In this document: piece by piece, positions 58,425 to 64,000 of the stretch
How the letters are laid out: every line of letters begins with the position of its first letter
Position numbering within the stretch: position 1 is the first letter of the stretch
The notes under the pieces: model-generated
Told to the model about the DNA's origin: nothing
The model's input: only the letters and a program-made list of their open reading frames with translations
Databases searched by the model: none
Made by a program: the position numbers and the translations under genes
Source: Myxococcota bacterium
GTDB taxonomy: Bacteria > Myxococcota_A > Polyangia > Nannocystales > Nannocystaceae
DNA: 64,000 bases
Direction: 5' to 3'
Assembly: GCA_039028615.1 (NCBI GenBank)
Contig: JBCCHT010000006.1
Location: 128,001 to 192,000, forward strand

Positions 58425-60497
58425 ATGGATCTCCAGCATCTCAACCCCAGCCAACGAGCCGCGGTAGAACATGTCGACGGGCCCTTGCTCGTCCTCGCCG
58501 GAGCGGGCTCGGGCAAGACGCGCGTCATCACCCACCGCGTCGCCCGACTGCTCGAGCTCGGCATCGTGCCCTCGCGCATCGTGGCGCTGTCGTTCACGAA
58601 CAAGGCGGCGGGCGAGATGCGCGAGCGGCTCGGCAAGATGGTCGGCACCGGCATCGCCAGCGAGCTGACGATGGGCACCTTCCACAGCCTGGGGGCCAAC
58701 ATGATGCGCCAGGATCCGGAGCCCTTCGGGCTGCCCGGGTCCCGCTTCTCCATCCTCGACCAGGGTGACGTCTACGGCGTGGTGCGAGGCCTGCTGCGCG
58801 AGCACGGGCACCACGGGGCGGGCGGCGACCGACGCTTCGACCTGGGCGCCATCGTCCAGCGCATCAGCCTGTGGAAGAACGACTTCGTCACGGCCGAGAA
58901 CGTCGAGCAGCAGATCGTCGACGAGTACGACGTGGTCGCCGCTTCGATCTACGAGGCGTACGACGACAAGCTCCAGACCCTGGGCGCGGTGGACTTCGAC
59001 GACCTGGTGTGTCGCATCGCCTTCGTGCTCAAGCACAGCGAGGAGGCCCGCAACCGCTGGCAGGGCCGCTTCGACTTCGTGATGGTCGACGAGTACCAGG
59101 ACACCAACGGCGCCCAGCTCGAGCTGCTCCGCCAGCTGGTGCGCCCGCCCTACAACCTCGGGGTGGTCGGTGACGACGACCAGGCCATCTACGGCTGGCG
59201 CGGGGCCAAGGTCGAGAACATCCTGCGCTTCGACGAGCACTATCCCGGCGCCAAGGTCATCAAGCTCCAGGAGAACTACCGCTCGCGGGCGCAGATCCTC
59301 ACCGCCGCCAACTCGGTGGTGCAGAACAACAAGACCCGCCACGACAAGGAGCTGGTCATCACCCGGGGCAAGGGCGAGCCCGTCCAGCTCGTGGTGGCCG
59401 ACGACGGCGCCCAAGAGGCGGGCTGGGTCGGCAAGAAGATCCGTCGCCTGGTCGTGGACGAGGGCATCCCCGCCGACGAGGTCGCGGTGCTCTACCGCTC
59501 CGCCCTGCAGGCCAAGCGCATCGAGGAAGAGCTGCAGCAGCACGGCGTGCCCTACCGGGTGCTGGGCGGCCAGTCGATGTACGACAAAAAAGAGGTCAAG
59601 GACGCGCAGGCCTACCTCAAGGTGCTGGTGAGCCCGCGTGACGAGCTCGCCCTACGGCGCGCGCTCGAGACCCCGCCCCGCGGCATCGGAGCCAAGAGCA
59701 TGCAGCGGATGGCCGCCTGGAGTCAGGCCAACAAGGCCCCGCTCATCGAGGCCGTCCATCAATACGCCGAGATTCCCAACCTCCCCTTCCGGGCGACGGA
59801 GTCGCTGAAGTTCTTCTCCGGGCTCGTCCGCCGCCACCAGAGGCGCGCCCGCGAGGCCGGGGTGGCCACCGCCCTGGGCGAGATCCTCGAGGCCATCAAC
59901 CTCAAGGAGCACGTGCGCAAGGAAATCGGCTCCGACACCGCCGCCGACCAGCGATGGAACGGGGTCAACTGGCTGATGGGCAGCATCGATCGCTATGAGC
60001 AACGCATGCGGGGCAAGGGCAAGCCCCCGCGATGGTCCGAGTACCTGGGCACGGTGGCCCTCGACAAGAGCAGCACCACCGACGAGGAAGAAGAGAACAA
60101 CGCCATCCGCGGCAAGGTCACCCTGGCAACGCTGCACAGCGCCAAGGGCCTCGAGTGGGACCAGGTGTTCATCATCGGCGTCGAGGAAGGCACCATGCCC
60201 CACCGTCGCGTCGCCGCCCCGCGGGCCAGCGATGCCATCGCGGGAGACATCGAGGAAGAGCGTCGGCTCTTTTATGTGGGCATCACCCGGGCCCGCGAGC
60301 GCCTGTGGCTGTGCCGGGCCGCCGGGCGCATCGACCGGGGCAAAGAGATTCCTCGACCGCCCAGTCGCTTCCTCGAGGAGCTGCCCGAGGACGACACCGT
60401 CGCGCTGTACAACATCCAAAAAGAGGAAGAGCTGTCCGTCTCGGCCATCGACGACATCGCGTCGGCCTTCCTGTCGCAGATTCGTCCGCCCGACTGA
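58425..60497 (+). CDS. ATP-dependent DNA helicase, UvrD/Rep/PcrA family (Rep-like length)
   Basis: AGAGSGKT, FTNKAA.EM, DEYQDTN, VGDDDQAIYGWRGA, NYRS, HSAKGLE, EEERRLFYVGITRA. Confidence 0.96.
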   Translation: MDLQHLNPSQRAAVEHVDGPLLVLAGAGSGKTRVITHRVARLLELGIVPSRIVALSFTNKAAGEMRERLGKMVGTGIASELTMGTFHSLGANMMRQDPEPFGLPGSRFSILDQGDVYGVVRGLLREHGHHGAGGDRRFDLGAIVQRISLWKNDFVTAENVEQQIVDEYDVVAASIYEAYDDKLQTLGAVDFDDLVCRIAFVLKHSEEARNRWQGRFDFVMVDEYQDTNGAQLELLRQLVRPPYNLGVVGDDDQAIYGWRGAKVENILRFDEHYPGAKVIKLQENYRSRAQILTAANSVVQNNKTRHDKELVITRGKGEPVQLVVADDGAQEAGWVGKKIRRLVVDEGIPADEVAVLYRSALQAKRIEEELQQHGVPYRVLGGQSMYDKKEVKDAQAYLKVLVSPRDELALRRALETPPRGIGAKSMQRMAAWSQANKAPLIEAVHQYAEIPNLPFRATESLKFFSGLVRRHQRRAREAGVATALGEILEAINLKEHVRKEIGSDTAADQRWNGVNWLMGSIDRYEQRMRGKGKPPRWSEYLGTVALDKSSTTDEEEENNAIRGKVTLATLHSAKGLEWDQVFIIGVEEGTMPHRRVAAPRASDAIAGDIEEERRLFYVGITRARERLWLCRAAGRIDRGKEIPRPPSRFLEELPEDDTVALYNIQKEEELSVSAIDDIASAFLSQIRPPD

Positions 60498-60528
60498 GCG
60501 GCGTCGGAACAGCGCCGAGCCGCGAATG

Positions 60529-60565
60529 AAAAAAGGCCGCCCCCACCGAAGTGGGCGCGGCCTTT
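60529..60565 (-). terminator. Intrinsic terminator, probably bidirectional
   Basis: Minus strand AAAGGCCGCGCCCAC-TTCG-GTGGGGGCGGCC-TTTTTT, with a UUCG loop. Confidence 0.85.
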
Positions 60566-60588
60566 GTCATGCCTTCGCGTGGGTCGTA

Positions 60589-61464
60589 TCAGCCGCCGAC
60601 GCAGGCGCCGGGCACGAGGGCCAGCGCGGTGCCGTCGATGCCGATCTCGGGCAGCTGGCAGGTCTCGCCCATGGCGCAGTCCATGTCCTCGTTGCAGGGC
60701 GAGCACACGCCCAGGACGGGGATGCCCATGATGGCGGCGGGGGCACAGTTGCCCGACACGCACTCTTCGCCCATGCCCATGAGGTCACAGCCCTGGTCGT
60801 TGTCGACGGTCATCGCATCGACGCAGCTGAAGAAGCCGCCGATGTTGGTGATGTCGTAGGTCGGGGCGCACTCTTGGCCGTCGCAGGCGCTGTCGTCGGT
60901 GCACTCGCCACAGGTGCTGGCCTCGAGGATGCCCGGGACCGAGATGAGGGTGCCGCACTCGAGACCCTTGCCGCAGGCGTCGGTGGTCTCGCAGCTCTCG
61001 CCGATCTCACCGGTGGTGGAGCACACGGCGGGGACGCCGGTCAGCGGGTTGCCGAAGTTGCAGCCGAAGCCGGTGGTCTCGGCACAGTCCGCGTCCTCGT
61101 CACACTCGGAGCAGACGCCGCCCAAGGGGCCGACCACGAAGCAGTTGCCGGACATGCAGTCGCACTCGGCGTCGGCACAGGCAGCTCCGAGCTCGCCCTC
61201 CATGGTGCACTCGGCGGTGGTGGCCGGGTCGGTGGTGGCCTCGTCGGTGGTGGCCGTGGTACCGGGATCCGTGGTCGCGCCGCTGTCGGCGTCGGTGGTG
61301 GCCGGCATGGTGGTCGCGCCCGGCCCGGAGGAATCCGAGGTCGCGGCATCCGTGGCACCGCCGGTGGTGTCGTCGTTGCTGCTGCTGTCGTCGCCGCAGG
61401 CGGTGGTGAATCCGAGGGCCAGGACCAGCGAGGCGCCAGTAAGAAGCTGAAGCTTGTTCATCAT
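60589..61464 (-). CDS. Cys-rich lipoprotein with three internal repeats
   Basis: AAGGGAG RBS, lipobox TTAC, Thr-rich linker, 26 further Cys. Confidence 0.88.
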   Translation of the reverse strand: MMNKLQLLTGASLVLALGFTTACGDDSSSNDDTTGGATDAATSDSSGPGATTMPATTDADSGATTDPGTTATTDEATTDPATTAECTMEGELGAACADAECDCMSGNCFVVGPLGGVCSECDEDADCAETTGFGCNFGNPLTGVPAVCSTTGEIGESCETTDACGKGLECGTLISVPGILEASTCGECTDDSACDGQECAPTYDITNIGGFFSCVDAMTVDNDQGCDLMGMGEECVSGNCAPAAIMGIPVLGVCSPCNEDMDCAMGETCQLPEIGIDGTALALVPGACVGG

Positions 61465-61693
61465 GTCAAAAGACTCCCTTTTGCCGCAGGCAGGCGCGGC
61501 TCAAACCGATCAACGTTCGGGGCATCCTGGCGGATGAGGGCGCGGTTCGTCCAGCGCCTTTTCGTGGGGTCCCGCCAGATCCACCATTCCTAGGACCACT
61601 GCTTTGGCGCACGCAACGCCAGTAACGATCGGTGCATGCTGAGGCCGGACCTATGAGTGGGCCACCCTCGGGCCCGGTCGGGCTGGGGCCAAA

Positions 61694-62080
61694 CTACGAA
61701 TCGGCGGGGCTCGCCGGGATGGTCACGACGGCGTCCGAACCGTCCTGGCGCACGGCGAATGCCTCCAAACGGCCGCCCACGCAAGGACCGCGATCACACA
61801 GCCCGGTCGCGGGCACGTAGCAGGCGCCGTGCGTGCGGCAGATGATGCGGTCGACCTTCGGTGCCCAAAATCGCCCCGTGCCCATGTCGAGGTCCAGGGG
61901 GACATGGGCACAACGGTTGCGATAGGCGACGAGCGATCCCTGACCCTGGGCATCGCGCAGCATCATGACGAAGCCCTGGGCCTCGTCCTCGCCATCGGCG
62001 AACGCAAAGGTGCGCGCATCGCCGTGCTCGAGGCTGTCGACCTCGGGCACGCGGACCTGCTGCGGTGCCGTCTCGGCCAT
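61694..62080 (-). CDS. Rieske [2Fe-2S] ferredoxin
   Basis: NRCAH (CxH) and ICRTHG (CxxH), G.C..GPC. Confidence 0.92.
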   Translation of the reverse strand: MAETAPQQVRVPEVDSLEHGDARTFAFADGEDEAQGFVMMLRDAQGQGSLVAYRNRCAHVPLDLDMGTGRFWAPKVDRIICRTHGACYVPATGLCDRGPCVGGRLEAFAVRQDGSDAVVTIPASPADS

Positions 62081-62092
62081 CGCCGCTCGCCG

Positions 62093-63253
62093 TCAGCGCG
62101 CGGCGTAGAGCCGGCTGAGGTCCTTGGCCAGGTTCTTTTGGTGGGCCTCGAGCGTGCCGCCACCGATCTCGAGCAGCTTGGCGTCTCGCCACAGTCGCTC
62201 GATGGGGTACTCGCGGCAGTAGCCCGCGCCGCCCATGACCTGCATGGCCCAGTCGGCGACCTCTTTACCCACGGGTGCCGCCACCAGCTTGGCGGCGTCG
62301 GTGCCCACGCGGTTGTTCACGTCGGGGCCGACGTTGCCCGCCACGTTGTAGGTCAGGGCCTTGGCCGCCTCGGTGCGCGCGTAGCCCTCGGCGAGGTAGC
62401 GCTGGATCTGACCGAAGTTGGCGATGGGCTGACCGAACGCGGTGCGCTCGTTGGCGTAGCTGACCATCAGCTCCACGCAGCGATCGGCGATCCCCACGCT
62501 CATGGCGGCGAGGGTCAGGCGCTCGATCTCGAGGTTCCGCATCATGTGGGTGAGGCCGTCGCCCTCTTTGCCCAGCAGGTTGTTCGCGGGCACGCGGCAG
62601 TCCTCGAAGATCAGCTCGGACATCGTCGAGCCCCGCATCCCGAGCTTGTCGATGTGGTTGCTGCTGGAAAAGCCCGGGCAGTCGCGGTCGACCACGAAGG
62701 CCGTCACCCGGCCATCGACCTTGGCGTACACGAGGAAGCAGTACCCCTCGCAGCCGTTGGTGATGTACGTCTTGGTGCCGTTGAGCACGTAGTGGTCGCC
62801 GTCACGAACCGCGGTGGTGCTCATGCCGAGCACGTCGGTGCCGGCCCCGGGCTCGGTCATGCCCATGCCCGCGACCCACTCGCCCGACAGGACCTTGTCG
62901 AGGTAGCGCTCGCGCTGCTCCTCGTTGGAGCAGTTGTAGAAGTTGTTCACGAACAGCATCGAGTGGGCGAGGTACGCCAGCGTGAAGCCGGGGTCGTACT
63001 TGGCCAGCTCGTGGTGGACGATGACCGCGGCCACCGCGTCCATGCCCGCGCCGCCATCGTCGATGGGCACCGTGACACCCAGGACCCCGAGTTCCCCCAG
63101 CTTCTGGAACAGCTCGACGTTGAGATGACCCTTCTCGTCGAACTCGGCGGCCTGCGGCTCGACCTCGCGTCGGGCGAACTCGGCCACGGTTTGCCGCAAC
63201 AGGGCATGCTCTTCGGTGGGGTTGAACAGACGCTCGGAGGGGCGCTCGGCCAT
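62093..63253 (-). CDS. Acyl-CoA dehydrogenase, isovaleryl-CoA dehydrogenase-like
   Basis: GMTEPGAGTD, NGTKTYITN, DKLGMRGS; LEIERL (IVD-type catalytic Glu position) and EIGGGT. Confidence 0.93.
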   Translation of the reverse strand: MAERPSERLFNPTEEHALLRQTVAEFARREVEPQAAEFDEKGHLNVELFQKLGELGVLGVTVPIDDGGAGMDAVAAVIVHHELAKYDPGFTLAYLAHSMLFVNNFYNCSNEEQRERYLDKVLSGEWVAGMGMTEPGAGTDVLGMSTTAVRDGDHYVLNGTKTYITNGCEGYCFLVYAKVDGRVTAFVVDRDCPGFSSSNHIDKLGMRGSTMSELIFEDCRVPANNLLGKEGDGLTHMMRNLEIERLTLAAMSVGIADRCVELMVSYANERTAFGQPIANFGQIQRYLAEGYARTEAAKALTYNVAGNVGPDVNNRVGTDAAKLVAAPVGKEVADWAMQVMGGAGYCREYPIERLWRDAKLLEIGGGTLEAHQKNLAKDLSRLYAAR

Positions 63254-63477
63254 CGGCTCTACTTTGCGTCCTGGGGCCCTTGGAGGAAAGCGCGGGACGA
63301 CTGCGAATTCTCTCATGTCGTCCGCAAACCCGCCCTTACGCCCCAAAGGGAACGCACATTCCCGGTTCGCCCGACAATTTTCAGACGCAACGCTCGATGT
63401 CATCGACGACATCGATTGCCGCAACCGAGCAGTCGGTTGCGCTCCAAGTGGCGACGATCGCGAAGGTGGCAAGGACC

Positions 63478-64000
63478 ATGCAGTACAGGCGGCTCGCCAT
63501 GCTTCGCCGTCGCAGCGCCGTCGCCCTGCTCCTGACCCAAGCCCTCGCGTGCCAACCGGTACAGACGTCGGGCGGGGGGGCAGAACCCGCCTCCCCCGAC
63601 ACGCCCTTCGTCGCCTCACCCGGCCGTAGTGAAGGTCTGGTCTTCCCGCCCGCCTCGGAGGCCAACCCTCGCCGGAAGCTGCCTCGCGGCATCGCCAAGG
63701 CCGAAGCCGAGGCCAGCGACCGGAGCACCCGCGTCGAGTGGCCCGAGCTCGACGGCGCCGGCAAGTTCGAAATCGTCGGTCAGACGCTGTACATCCACTT
63801 CAATCGCTCGATTAAGCCGCCGCCCAAAGACGAGCCCGCTCTCACCATCGAGCCGGCCGTCGACGGCGAGATCTCGTGGTCGAATCCCTGGGTCCTGGCC
63901 TTTCGCGCCGAGGCTCCGTTTGATCCGGAGACCGAATATACGGTGGCGCTGGGCGACCTCCACGACGTCGAAGGCGAGCCGGCGGCGGAAGGGTGGACGG
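63478..64000 (+). CDS. Lipoprotein N-terminus with an Ig-like domain, probably alpha-2-macroglobulin family (partial)
   Basis: AAGGA RBS; MQYRRLAM...ALAC lipobox; IHFNRS...LTIEPAVDGEISW...LAF......PETEYTV pattern; open to the window end and absent from the ORF track. Confidence 0.75.
   Translation, partial: MQYRRLAMLRRRSAVALLLTQALACQPVQTSGGGAEPASPDTPFVASPGRSEGLVFPPASEANPRRKLPRGIAKAEAEASDRSTRVEWPELDGAGKFEIVGQTLYIHFNRSIKPPPKDEPALTIEPAVDGEISWSNPWVLAFRAEAPFDPETEYTVALGDLHDVEGEPAAEGWT

Overview
High-GC (about 70%) bacterial chromosome segment, almost certainly myxobacterial and most like Nannocystales. This rests on MYXO-CTERM proteins, Ser/Thr kinase-TPR fusions, many Cys-rich lipoproteins, a DUF1592/DUF1552 operon and GltG/AgmX-like C-terminal domains. 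It holds about 49 protein-coding genes (two partial). I saw no rRNA, tRNA, CRISPR array or transposase/integrase. Main points: (1) a selenoprotein that the ORF track splits in two, a lipoprotein peroxiredoxin-like gene with an in-frame TGA forming a UxxC motif and a SECIS-like hairpin (3048-3758, minus); (2) a candidate trans-envelope protease-signalling locus (26620-36635) with a gingipain/C25-like caspase-fold protease bearing a possible C-terminal HTH and a double-palindrome operator-like site, a membrane-anchored CHAT protease with a TonB-C-like tail, a coupled PEGA/beta-barrel-like outer-membrane protein and a Cys-rich lipoprotein; (3) a low-GC islet of about 1.9 kb with an orphan gene next to panC; (4) several genes that appear leaderless. 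The rest is housekeeping and metabolism (panC, Rep/UvrD helicase, acyl-CoA ligase and dehydrogenase, eda, glycerate kinase, FluC) and envelope proteins. All family calls were made by eye from motifs; no database search was run.
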